Notes: generated by a model not told the origin, from the letters alone. A stretch of DNA of 62,269 bases, filler included, from Jimgerdemannia flammicorona (GCA_003990765.1; 3 parts of 3 records of this genome joined end to end with filler, not necessarily neighbours in it); one strand, 5' to 3'. Shown: positions 11,415 through 24,040, numbered from the whole stretch's first letter. Numbers and translations: made by a program.

Positions 11415-14400
11415 CCTTTCTTCAGTACAATTCAGATTATATAAACTTCAGACAATACTTTCAGTATCATTTTTAGAGAAAAGGTAATAATAATATAGTG
11501 ATCAATGAGCAATTCAAGAAACATACTAGGTAGGATAGCTCCAGTACATTCAACTAATAGTATGTAGAAAGGAGTTATAGCTTAGGAGAGAGCCTATTGA
11601 GTACTCTCTCTGGTGGAAGAGATGAATCTAACAGAGAGGGGCCTGGGAGAATGAGCTTTACTAACAAGGTCAAGATAGAGCACCTAGTAACTGAATTAGA
11701 GAGTTGGCTACAAAAGAGTAAGAAAAAGGAGAGGGCTGCAGAACTGAGTAGAAAAGCTCATAGTGGTGGTAGCAGTAGGGCTATGAGAGTAAAGATTGAG
11801 GAGAGTAGGACTACTGATAGAGGGAAACTACTAATCTGAAAAAAAAATCCAGATGTGATAGCTAATAGTGGGGCTGGGCAGGGGAGAGGGCCAAGGACTG
11901 GGGATCTGACTGATGGTATAATAGGTCTAGTGGCAGCATCATTACTCAAGAAATCAGTGTCAGAATTTGTCATCACATTGTGCTTCTGGAGCTTAGTAGT
12001 TATGGTCAAAATGATTCTGGGGCTTCTGGTCTAGAAAATGAAAGAAGTGGTATCAGTAAAGTTCTTGAAGGGTCTGGAAGGAGTGAAGGTGGGTTTTGAG
12101 AAGAAGGAGTTGATGTTGGGAGTATTGAAGAAGAGAGTGATAGTAGGAAGAGTAGTGATCTCTATAGCTAGAGACCCCTGAGTAGTACAGCTAGTGGTGG
12201 TAAATATACCTATAGTGAAGAAGGAGGAGGCCAGAGGGCTGATTGTTGACATTATTAAAGAGTATGGAGATATAGTAGATATTGGATTTCAGGTCTGAGA
12301 GAGTACAGAGTTCAGGACTGGAAATATAGATATCAGGGTCAGGCTAATAGATAAGAAGAATATAGAGAAAGAAAGAGATTGACCAGCAGTGTTTAAGTGG
12401 GGGCCAGTGGAGTACAAGATCTTAAGAATGAAGAAAATACTAGAGAAGGAGAAGGAGGACTTATTAGAGATATTGGAAGACTTAATTGGAGTAGTGAAGA
12501 AGAGACAGTTGGCTTAAAAGAAGTTTAAGGCTAAGATAGTAGTAGAGATTGTAAATGAGAAGAAAGTGCAACTGGATTGGATAGTTTGAGAGAGAGCATA
12601 AGAGAGACAGTATCAGAAAGATTTATTGACAAATCTAAGCAAGAAGGTAGTGAGAGAGAATACTACTGATAGAGTTGAATTGAGAGTCAATACTTGGGCA
12701 GGGAAGAAGAGAGTGACTCCTACAGTAGCTCTGAGAGAGGGTGGAGGCTCTAGGTAGAGTGCAATAGCTGAGGATGAGATAATGATAGAGGAGGTCCATA
12801 TGCTATATAATGTACCCACTAGAGAGAGAGAACCTAATACTGAAGGAGGTATATGAGGATGAATGCTGAGGGGAGTCTGGAGAGTGGAGAGCAAAAGATG
12901 GCTATTAGTATCAATGAGACTATTAGAGAGAAGTGATAGCTATGGAAGGTGCTGACAAATATTGTAGTATATGAATTAGATGAGATTGATTTTTGTATAA
13001 TTAGTAAGAGATACTGGAGTGAGGTCCTGTAAGATGAAGAGATGGTGCAGAAGCTTCAAAATGAGCTGATAGTAGGCCTGCTGGAAGCAGAGAAGTATGA
13101 GATAAATGACAACAGAGAGGCCATACTTCTGATAAGTATAAATGAGTATATATCATATCTGTGGGACCCTAAAAAGGAGTTGACAAAGTGGCAGATAGTG
13201 TGTGAGAAGTACTAGTCTAATATAGAAGCTGTGGATGATAAGGACTATTAGGAGATCTTAGAAGTATTAGATACGTAGTAGAGAGAGATAGATGCGCTTG
13301 AAGCAGAGAGGAATCTGAATATTACTAGTGATATAGTAAGTATAAAATTATAGAGTAGGTGTTTATTCTTCAAACATTATTTAATATGAACAATATAACT
13401 AGAATCTTCTCTCTGAATATCAATAGACTATAAGATATAATAAGGTATCAGAATATTTTCAGCTAGTTGAAGGAGTTGGATACAGATCTATTTTTATTGC
13501 AGAATATAGGATATGATATAGATACTAATATACTAGACTAGATAAGTAAATGGGAGGGAGTAGCTGTATAGTAGAGTTGAGTAGGGATTCTAGTTAGAAA
13601 GAATAAGAGAAACATTAGAAACATTGGACATTAGGGAGGGCAGAGTGGTGTGGATAGTATAGAGGTAGTCAGACTAGAGCCTCTTGACTATTGAGTCATA
13701 CTATTACTCAGTAGAGAGGGGGGAATACTTGGAGTGGATATGAGGGCTATGAGATACAGACATAATAGTAGTAGAGGGGATTGACTGTTTGGGTGACAAC
13801 TTTAATATAATAAGAGATGGGCAGTTGAATAGGACTGATAGAGAGAGAGGAATAGTTGGTAGAAGTAGAGAGATGGAAGACTGGAAGGAGATAGAGGCTG
13901 GGCTTACTAATAAATGCTGGGTATCTTGAATAGGGAGATTGCAGGGTCTATACTCACTAAGTAGTAGGGCTGAGCTCAAGGATTGACTAGATCTTGATGG
14001 CTGAGTGCTGGGGAGCAGATGTCTGAGGTTCTTTGGAGACAGTTTGATGCCTATAATCAGATTACTAGGGCTTGCTGAACTGTGGAATGTTTGGAGGAAG
14101 TAGGGAGGGGCCTGAATATTGGTATCTAAATTCTTCATTGCTGGGAGAACTCTCTTTATAAGATATATAGATAGTAGACATTAGCTTCAGAATTTTGAAC
14201 TAGAGAGCACAGGAGCTGGAGATTGAGCATTAGAAATCAGATGCCCAGCAGTTCTAAGGAGAGACAGAGAGGGAGAGAGGTGCTCAGAGAAGGAGTCATT
14301 TAAGGTAGACTTCTCAGAGGTTAGAGAAGCTATTGGAGAAGTAGGTAGAAGTATTGAATGATAGAGAGGAGAAGGATTGGTAGGTTTAGCAGATTCAGCT

Positions 14401-17083
14401 AGAGGTAGAGAAACTGAAGGAATAGCTTAGACAGGAGAAAGATTTACAAGTAAAGAGTATAGTGGCCCAGCTGAGATGGCAGGGCTTAGAGAAGAGTAAG
14501 AGACCTGTAAAGTTTTTGTCAAGGCTGCTTCAGATGAGGAGGGTGAGGCAGCAGTGGGAAGGAGTATTAGATGAGACAGAAGAGATGGTGGTTGGAATAC
14601 CAGAGATCTTGGGCTAGCTGAGGTCCAGATGGGGGTAATTATGGAGTGAGGAGAAGGAGAGAGAGGGTGTACTGGACATTGAATGGTATCTGGTAGATTG
14701 GTATCCAGACTAAGCAGAGGACTTAAGAGAACTTGAAGTATCTGTTCAAGGAGAAGAGATCTGTAGGATATTGGTAACTATGAGTCTTGAGATAGCTCTA
14801 AGAGAGGATAGTCTATCTTGGGATTTTTGGAAGAAGATGACAGGAGTAGAGATAACTTTGGAGGAGATAATGTGAATATGTGATGAGATTATTGGCTTAG
14901 AGTCCTAGATTGAGGGGTAGTACTTGGTCTTATAGCTCTATTGTATAAGAACAAGGTACAAAGAGAGGATTGAAAGAACTAAAGACTGATCATGCTTCTG
15001 GATATAGATTGCAAGTTGGTTATGAAGATTTTGGTGGCTAGGTTGTAAGGAGTAGCTCAGTAGATGTTGGGGGCAGAGCAGAGGAGCTTTGTCAGAGATT
15101 ATTTGATAAGAGATAAGATAGTATGGGTCTATAGTATTATTGAAGGGACCAATATTACAGAGGTCAATAGTTGACTCATATTTCTGAACTAAGAGAAGAC
15201 CTATGACAGAGTCTGGTGAGTGTAGCTGGAGGGGGTACTGAAGTATATAAGAATCCCTCAAGAGTTCCAACAATCTTTGATCAGTCTGTTGGAGGAGAGT
15301 CAGACAGCTATTATGATAAATAGATATAGGGGGGAGTCCTTTCCCCTAGGCAGAGAAGTGCTACAGGGGGACCCACTATTATCAATCCTTTATGTCCTCT
15401 CTCTGAAGTCTTTGTTGGACAGAATTAGATATAGGATGAGAGAGTTGAACATTCTGGGGGTAAACTAGAAGGTTGTGGCCTTTGCTAATAACATAGTAGT
15501 AGAGCTGGGCTCTGTAGAGGATGTGGCAGTACTAAAAGGTATAGTGGAATAGTATGTATGAGGGTACTCAGATACTAAGCTTAACTGGCATAAGTATGAG
15601 ACTTTAGTATTAAGAGGAGGTATTATAGGAGAGAATATGATTGAAATAGTTATCTTAGCAGGAGAGGTAGTCCAGTATCTGGAGATCTACTTCTCAGTAT
15701 ATAGTTCTCTATTGCCTTAGGAATAGTGAGAGCAGTGGCTGATTGATTGAGGTAGTACTCTTCTGGAATAGGGTGGCAGATATATCTCTCTGGCTAAAAG
15801 AGTAATAGTGTTGAATATATATTAGCTATCTAAGTTATGATATCTGGTATATCACTTAGACTTTCTGATATAAGTAGTCAAGAGACTATTGAAGATGATC
15901 AGGATATAGATTTGAATGGAGCAGTAGGGTTAGATTGAATGAGAGATATTAATGCTATCAGTAGACTAGTGAGGGCTGGATCTGGTGAACTTTACCAAGT
16001 ACCTATACTACTTGAGGGTATAATAGCTGAAGTGAGCTAGTAAGTTGAGAGATTGAGAGTAGGTACCTCTTATATAAAGAGTATGAGAGATATAGTTCTC
16101 TTCTTATGATATATTAGTGACTTGCTCTCTCTGGTAGTACTGAAGGGGAGTCAGAAGATATACTATAAGAGATTCTGGTAGAGAGTAGTTGATGGTACTT
16201 GATAAATTGGTCTCTAGTAGTAGGATAATGAGAGAGAGAAGGACTAAAGATTCCAGATGTAGAGGTGGGACTATTTTCTGTTAGGAGGCATATCAGTAAA
16301 TGATTTCAGTTTGAAGAATGATATAGAATATCTTTGGAAGTATAGGAGAGATCTGTAGTCTGAGATCTGGTAGGGGGTTGAGATTAGAGAAAAGTGAGAC
16401 TAGAATAGTATTTGGTCTTGAAGTAAGCAGGTAATAAGGTGGATCTCTCCTAAGTTTTGGATGGTATGGTAGAGGTTCTTGAGGTACAATGTGATGTTTA
16501 ACTATTGATCAAGATATATAATAGATAGAGGTACCCTGGAGTGTGAGGAGTATCTTAATGTCAGACAAGAGAGTGGAGTAGTACAGATGCCTGAATATTG
16601 GCTGGGAGTATGAGGTTATGAGAGACTTTTGGAAGGCTATTGAGGATTAGATAAAAGTATATCTACTTGAATAGATAGTGAGTAAGAGGTGGAGTGATCT
16701 CCAGAGAAGACTGATGAGAGAGGTTGGAGATGAGTAGTTAACTATTAGATAGATATTGGCTATTTGAATTGGGCTTGCTAGATATTGGCTATATATATTT
16801 AAGAATGGTCAGTAGTTGGTACTTATGAGTTATAAGATAAGAATAGTTATTATTAAATCTTTTAAATAGAGTAAGGAGAGAATTGGGGTCACTAGGGGGT
16901 TGATAAATTTTCAGAGAGATGAGGAGAGAGAAGGGAAGGAGAGGGGAGAGAGACTTCTTATGGAATTAGATAAGAGGTACATTTATATATCTGTATTAGT
17001 ATAATATAGATTAGAGAATAATAAAGTAAAAGTCCAAGTAACTATAAAAAAAAAAAAATCAAAAAAAAAAAAAAAAAAAAAAA
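11415..17083 (+). mobile_element. L1/Tx1-like LINE, copy 2, full length with poly(A) tail, heavily mutated
   Basis: Homologous throughout to copy 1: ORF1 ATG 11505, ORF2 ATG 13386 (MNNITRIFSLNIN), RT fragment 15277-15468 (LQGDPLLSILY), poly(A) 17046-17083. Confidence 0.9.
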
Positions 17084-18580
17084 GGGCTATCTGAACTATA
17101 CTAAATATAAATATAATATATTAGTACTTTGATGAGTCAGAATACAATCATATAGTATAAGTATAAACTGATATATTAAGAGATTAACTGACTGCTGAGT
17201 TAGTATATAGTTATATGTATAGTATAAGACTAATCTAATTATACTAATAATGGCTAAGTTATTATAAGTTTGGATACTATCTGAATACTCTTTGATGAGA
17301 TCACTATTAATAATATCATTTCTGATAAAGTAGTTATCTAGAAAGAGCAGTTCTTAGATTATATCTTTCTGTTTATTTATATAGTAATATATTAAAACTA
17401 GGTCACTGTCTCACAGAATGGCATCATCTATCTCATATACTGAGTATAGTATTAGTAAATAGAGTAGAGATATATTATCTTTACTTTTATTAAATTCACT
17501 ATCAGCATACCTTTGATAGATTATAGTACTATATATTATTAGATTATAGTAAACTAGTAACTACTCATACTCAGGAGGTGAGATTGTTGGTTCTATCTTA
17601 AGGATTATCTGGAAATATATATAGGTTGTATTCTCCAGTCTCTTCATTATTGTTGAAGTAGTTAGATGTGAATATAGATTGGTATTCATACTAGTAGTCA
17701 TTATTCTAGTAGGTCTTATAAGTAGTTATGAACTGTTATAAGTTCATCAGTAAGATTAGCAGGGTGATCAGAGTTGGCAGAGATTCTTGGCTGAAGGTTA
17801 TATCAGTATCAGAGAGATCATTGTCTTCTGCTTCATCATTATCAAACTGGATTATTTATAGATATCCTTTATAGTATATTCAACTTAAGGCATTTGTAGA
17901 ATATAATTATCTGAGTGTGAGAAGGATCTGTCTGTAGTTTGGTTATACTTGATATATTTGTAGTTGAGTTCTTACACTATTTCATCAATTTGACCATAAG
18001 TCAGAGTAGTAACTATTTTAAAGTAGTAACTTAGAGATAGGGAATAAAGATACTATACTTATAAAAGAGTTCTCAGTATTTGCAGGTGATAGTTTCTGAT
18101 ATTGAGATATTTTAGTAATATCTATATCATAGTAGTGTTTAATTATATCTTCTAGGAGATGGCCAATTTAATAGTAGCTTAAGATTTGTCTAATTTGATA
18201 GACCTTACTAAGTATATTTAGAGTATTCTAATGGGCTTTTATAAAATAAAGAAGTACTAGGCTATGGATATTCATGAGAAGCAGAAGTACTGTAACTTGA
18301 TTGATAATTGCATTTTAAATATCAGCATAGATATAGTTATAAACTTCAGTAATCATATCTGAATATATATTTGAGAGTTATGGTTATGGTTTCAGTTTAT
18401 TATAGTTCTTTATTTTGACATATTATATGTTTAATATATATGCTTTCAGTCCTGATTAGTAAGATTCTATTTGTATATATTTTGTATTTTACGTATAACT
18501 TCAAGTTAACTCAGCTTTATGATCTTATATATAATTTCCAAATTTGTTTTGAGAGTGATATATAATTTTGATAGCTTAGA
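17084..18580. repeat. Degenerate dispersed repeat of unknown type, copy 2
   Basis: Colinear with 6159-7390 from ~17350 onward. Confidence 0.75.
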
Positions 18581-18582
18581 TA

Positions 18583-19943
18583 TTGTGAAAACTGAGATCA
18601 CTATCTGCCAATAGTATTATTTACTCTTTAGAATATCTAATTACAAAGTACTTATTTCATCTCTTAAGAAATACTATTTAGAGAAAAAAGTTCTTAAGAA
18701 ACCCTATCATCTAATAAAGATACTATATAGAGATTATATCAAATTAAAAAGAAGGCTAAGAATTATATAACTAAGATATAGGCTCTATAATAGAATAATA
18801 TAGAAAAGATTTACAAACTCTTAGAGATTATCAAGATACATAGAAGAAAAAGTCCTAATATATCAGAATATAATAGAAGCCTTATAGTTATAAAAACTGA
18901 AGTCTAAGTGAAAAGGATCTTATCTTATATAAGATATAAAAGAGATTATATTTTAGCTACAAAAACTCTTAGACATAATTATCTCTATCAATATTTATCA
19001 AAACTAGCTCAAAAAGTATTATAACTAACTAATAAAGTAATACCACAGTCCTCAAGATCACCAGTGCTATACAATGAGCTATTAAAAGACAGTAGTATTC
19101 CACTAAGCTACTAATTATAAAGAAATCCTTTAATAGTATTCAGAGTATAGTATAGATATACTTATTATAAATTTTATATTTCAAGATCTATCAGAACTAG
19201 ACCAAGTTCCAGAAATACTTCAAGTTGAGATAGTTATTAAACTTGAAGCTAGAAATAGAAAAATAAGATTGAATTAAAGAATATCAGCTCTCTTATACTC
19301 AGATCACTATTATTAAGAAAGTATATAAGTTATTTAAGGAGGATAAGCCAGCTCTAGCTCATCTCTAGGAAGTAGTCTCAGAAGACTTCAAATATATTAG
19401 AAGACAATATTGAGAGAATTTAATAATATAAATTATATAGTATAAGAAAATTCAACTAATTGAGACTTGAGAGTTTGAGTAAATAAGATATTTTAGAGAT
19501 AAATCACCTATTTAGAAGAAAGTTGTAATGATTGATCTAAATTAATAATATAAATTAGAGAAATAGACATTTAATTACAGTACTTGAATCTAATTTCCAA
19601 ATATAGTATAGTCTTATAAATAGCAGTTATTTCAGTAATATAGAAATTATTAAAATTCTAGCAAATGTTAAAAGATTTAATACTTACAAAAAGTGATATA
19701 TAACTTAGCTACATATCCTATAGCTAGCAAACTTATATAAATATTCTCAGTATCTAGAGTAAATAAACCTCAGATCAAAATAGTTTAAAGTAAAGAGAAA
19801 GCAAGAAAACTAGTAAGCCTGTGGGCAGATATGCTTTGAACTTACCTACCTCTGTATTCTGAGGACTCTGTAGAGTTAAAGACAATCAAGTTTTTAAGAT
19901 ATAGAAATCTAATTACTTATATAGTTATATGTCTACTATATTA
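18583..19943 (+). mobile_element. Family-B-related Ty3/Gypsy 3' fragment (integrase end, ORF3 relic, LTR)
   Basis: KLKSK*KGSYLI*DIK matches KLEPKWEGPYLVQDIK of the 45666-52354 element. ORF3 relic ~19021-19483. LTR motifs match family B. Confidence 0.8.
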
Positions 19944-20055
19944 TAATATCAGTTTTAATTTCTTTTAACTCAACTGATAAATTTCTTAAGTAAGAATAAA
20001 GCTAATCTATTTCATTAAAGTATTATCTAATAGTATATATATTTTATATATTTAT

Positions 20056-20691
20056 TGTAACGGTGACCCCAGAATGATAACATCAGCACAGGAGACAGCC
20101 TTTCTTTACAAGCCACCAGATCAGAGTACAAGAAGATCATATGGTATATGAGATGAGCAACGATGACCAACTGTGAGTCATTGTGACCACAGTACAAGCA
20201 TCCTGAAGAATATAAAAGAAGGATCAAGAAACTGCAGTAGCAGCAACCAACAAGAACCCCTAATTCCAAAATAGCTCAAAGACTTACCACAAACAAAATG
20301 CCTGCTGCCCGCCAAACCTCAAGGTCAAGGAATTATCAAGGTATCTCGGTCAAGGAAAGGATGTTCCAAGATATCAGAAGAGCCATGAGGACCTACTCAA
20401 GAAGGACTCCTAGCATCAACCTGGGTACTGCAGACTCTTATCACTTTATCCTCTACCGCTGTGAAATGGAAACAAGGATCACCATTGCCACCGAATGCCT
20501 CCAAATGTGGCAGGAGTATGAAATAGGAAACCTCCTCTGCTGGGAGTTCCCACAGGCCAGCCCTCAAGAGCTACAAGATACCACCCCCATGGACCTACGT
20601 GAGGTAAGGACAGCAAAGAAGATCCATCAGATCTTCAGGCATGCACCATGGTCGATCCCCAACTTGGAGTATGTTAGAGTCTCAGACTTCA
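20056..20691 (+). mobile_element. Start of a younger element with an LTR-like TGTAAC terminus, TATA box (20211) and ORF3-family ORF; cut by gap
   Basis: Abrupt compositional switch at TGTAAC (20056), TATAAAA at 20211-20217, ORF from 20298. Confidence 0.5.
20298..20691 (+). CDS. Hypothetical protein, homolog of the retrotransposon accessory ORF3 (partial, runs into gap)
   Basis: Open frame of >130 codons. Motifs QEYEIGNLL and TAKKIHQIFR...LEYVRVSDF align with ORF3 of families A and B. Confidence 0.65.
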
Positions 20692-20791
20692 NNNNNNNNN
20701 NNNNNNNNNNNNNNNNNNNNNNNNNNNNNNNNNNNTTAATTAATTAANNNNNNNNNNNNNNNNNNNNNNNNNNNNNNNNNNNNNNNNNNNN
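20692..20791. other. Assembly spacer (N run with TTAATTAATTAA six-frame stop linker)
   Basis: Seen directly; identical spacer at 41481-41580. Confidence 0.97.
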
Positions 20792-21610
20792 ATCCAAGGA
20801 ATTTGAGTTTCTGTTTTCCAAAGTAGCATTTCTTTGCATTCAGTCTCAAGTGATTCTTGCGGGTGAGCTTGAAGAATTCCTCTAGGTGGTGCAGGTGTTC
20901 TTCGAAATTTGCTGAATAGATGTTGGAATCATCCATATATACAATCAGAGAGTGGTGGATCAGGGAGGCATAGACCGAATTCATCATCCTCCGGAAGGTG
21001 GGGGGTGCATTGCAAAGTCCAAAGTGTATTCGAAGGTATTCAAACAGTTTTCCTAAAGCAAGGAAGGCTGTCTTTTGAATGTCCTTGGGGTCCATGGGGA
21101 TCTCATGGAATCCTGTGAAGAGGTCCATACTGCTGAAATATCTGGCATCTTGTAACTGGTCCAAAAGGTCATCGATTCTGGGCAAAGGATTAGCATCCTT
21201 TTCAGTGACTGAGTTGAGTTTTCTGTAATCCATGCAGAGTCTCCATCCTCCTTTCTTTGGTACAATAAGTATAGGGCTGGCCCAGGGGCTGGTAGAGGCT
21301 CGGATAACTCCATTGTCTAAAAGTTCTTGAATGTGCTCCTTTTCAAATGTTTTCAAATAATGGGATATTCTATAGGGTTTCTGCTGGATGGGTGTTGCGC
21401 TTCCTGTATTTATGCTGTGGTGATATGATGGATTGTATGGCAGGTTGCCATAATCGGTAGTGAAGATATCTTGATATTTGTTGAGAAGTTCTACTAATTG
21501 TTGCTGTTGTTGAGGTGTCAATTCTTCTCCAATGTTGGTGGAAGGCTTCACTGTCTCCTGGGTCGCAGAGGGGCCTTTCCTTTCTTCTGGGACCTTTTGC
21601 TGTTTCCTGA
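20792..21610 (-). CDS. pol: Reverse transcriptase (Ty3/Gypsy), partial
   Basis: SPWASPILIVPKK, RLCMDYRKLN, PLPRIDD, FGLCNAP and YMDD motifs. Confidence 0.93.
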
Positions 21611-21959
21611 TAGGTTTAGTTCATAAACTTCCCTATGAGTTCAGTTGAGAAAAGGCACCAGATGTCCTATGATGGTTCCTTTTAGCAGGATGATGGTCTC
21701 CCAACTTTGGTTGGTTTCTCGAGAGTGTACTGGGTTCAACTTGTCAGGGAATGTGTGTCTCTCTATGTCCAAGTGTGGGATATCTTCCTTGGGTTTAAAG
21801 AAAAGGTTCCTGGGGTCGGGTGGTGCAAATATTTCGAAGGTGGCTTGTTCTCCAGGCTCCAGGATAAGATTCTTGTGTAGTCTGACTGGTTGCTGATATA
21901 CTTGCTGGGGAACATTCCCCTTGAGGTGGTTGACTTGAAGGAGATGTACCTCTTTTCTG

Positions 21960-22370
21960 TCTGAACTTCCAAATCCTTTGGCTTGCCTTGTTCCTTCAGT
22001 TAGTTCTGAGACTTCCTGTAACTGTGGGGTCTTGACTTTCATGAAGACTGCTTGGGCAAACTTCTGTCCTCTAATGATTTGGTGCCATTCTGTACTGCTG
22101 TTGTGTAGGATGACCTTGATTTCGCCTGTATATCCAGGGTCAATGGTTCCTCCTTCTACAGTTATCCCTTGTCTGGCAAGTCCAGACCTTGAGGTCAATT
22201 GAATATAAGCTCCTTGAGGTGGCTGCATGGCTAATCCGGTTCTGACCATGAAAGTTTTTCCAGGTTTGATGGATTCTTCCTCTAAACAGTGAAGATCATA
22301 TCCTACATCCTCTGGGTGGGCTTTGGTCGGGGGTTTGGCCTTGGGGTGCAGCAGGGCATACTGAGCAATA
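21960..22370 (-). CDS. dut: Trimeric dUTPase domain within the family A polyprotein
   Basis: All five motifs: VGYDL, SRSGLA, GTIDPGYTGEI, FAQ, RQAKGFGSS. Confidence 0.92.
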
Positions 22371-23699
22371 TCTTTGCTGAGTTTGGGCTTCCCTAAGGCT
22401 GAAGCTCCACTGGCAGAAAGCCTCCAAGCTCTAAGGTTGAGGTGTGGCCATCTGGCTCCAGTAGAGGGGTCCCGGAGATAATTGATTCCCCTTCTTCCTG
22501 TAGGATCAAGGGCTTCCATGAAGTTGGTGGCATCTTCTGCCCATCCTTGGCAGGTTGCATTTCTGATAAGAGCTAGGATATCTTCTCCCAAATCATAGAT
22601 CTTGAGAATTCTTTTCCCAGGCTTCTTGGTCTGGCTTTTTCGAATCTGGCTTTTTCAGATCTGGCTTCGGTTATCTCCTTTCTTCAGAGTGTGTACTGCA
22701 ACATCATGACTGAGGTGAATCTTCTGATGTCTGCAGTCTCGGCAGTCAGGGTGTCTTCCATGGTTGCAATATCCCATTGCTCGGAAATGGTATTCCTGGC
22801 TGTTTATCTCCTGTTGTCTTGGGAATCGGTACCCATCTTGATCATAGATTGGGGGAAGGATAGACAAGGGGTATATTTCTGTTTGGGTGAAGAAGCCTTG
22901 TCCCCTAAATCAACTTTGCAGCCTTGTGGTGACTTCTTGGAAGGTGGTAGACTGTGCAAGAGTAGTTGGGGGTTCTGGTCTCTGAGGTCTCTGTCTTTCT
23001 TGTTGATCCAATAGATGATACTGATAGCAGTAGTCTCGGGGAGAGTGGAAGACCATTTGATGTAGATATCTTCCTAGCCAAAAAGCTTTCTCTTGGTGGG
23101 TTTCTTTCTTGGGGATAATGGTGATAGTACTGGGTCCTTCCTCTGTATTCCAGGGGTCATTGTCTTCAGGTGGTATCCAGCGAGGGTCATCCCAGGGGAT
23201 GAGTTCGGGGACTTCTCCTTCATCAGGTGCTTCTTGTTCAGGAACTTCTTGGTCAGAAGTTTCTTCTTCCTCAGATGATTCTTGGCCCCAAATTGCTTGT
23301 ACTTCTGCAGCTTCAGTTGCAGGTGTTTCTGGAACATGTCTGCATTTCTTCTTCTTTCTTCTGCATTCTGGGCAGGCTGCACCAGGTGATTTCCTTTTTC
23401 CCATGATCTTGGAGGAGTGCTCGGGACACTTGTGTCTCTTGAGGCATATAGGGCATCCTTTAGCTTCCCCTGCAATGGCTCCAATGGTGATAGGGATAGT
23501 GTTCTTGGCCCACACATTGTCTTCTGGTCTGTCATCCACTACGTTGATTCGTGGATTGAGTCTGGGATCATTTCCATCTTCAGATTCTTCTTCCTCTTCT
23601 GTAGTAGACTCCTCACTACTGGTATATTCTTCTTGAATGGTGACCTTCTTCTTCTTCTTCGATTGCTCATAGCTGGTCACCTTTACTCTATACTTCTTG

Positions 23700-24040
23700 C
23701 CTCAGTAGTCAAACTTGAGTACTTGTTGGCCAATATCAACAACTGCATTCATTTCCTTCATCCAGTTGGTACCAAGAATTATGTCATAGGTGACAGCTTC
23801 GGTGACAACAGCTTTGGGGATGGAGAACTGAATGTGTCTGAGGGAGATAGTGATATTTTGTACTTCTCCAAGGGGTTGAGTTCGGGCTCCATCTGCTACT
23901 ATGATGCTGAGGTTGGATGGTCCATCAATGGGCCATTGGAGGGTGTCCAAGAATCGTTTGGCAATGACACAGATAGCTGCTCCTGTATCTATGAGGATTT
24001 TTGCTTTTTGTCCTCCAATGTCTCTATGTAAGTAGGTGCT
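23700..24040 (-). CDS. Retropepsin aspartic protease domain
   Basis: ILIDTGAAICV, VADG and YDIILGTNW; in frame with gag. Confidence 0.85.

Noticed and set aside
20692..20791. TTAATTAATTAA palindrome within N runs (also 41525-41536)
   Set aside because: Artificial six-frame-stop contig linker. Adjacency across the gaps is not trustworthy, and ORF ends reading 'LIN' are artefacts.
21960..22370. Host or viral dut gene
   Set aside because: In frame within the retrotransposon polyprotein, intronless, and present in multiple element copies.
23417..24031. Plus-strand ORFs over Gypsy gag/pol (also 48209-48562, 49709-51848, 61549-62229)
   Set aside because: Antisense shadows of retrotransposon coding sequence.
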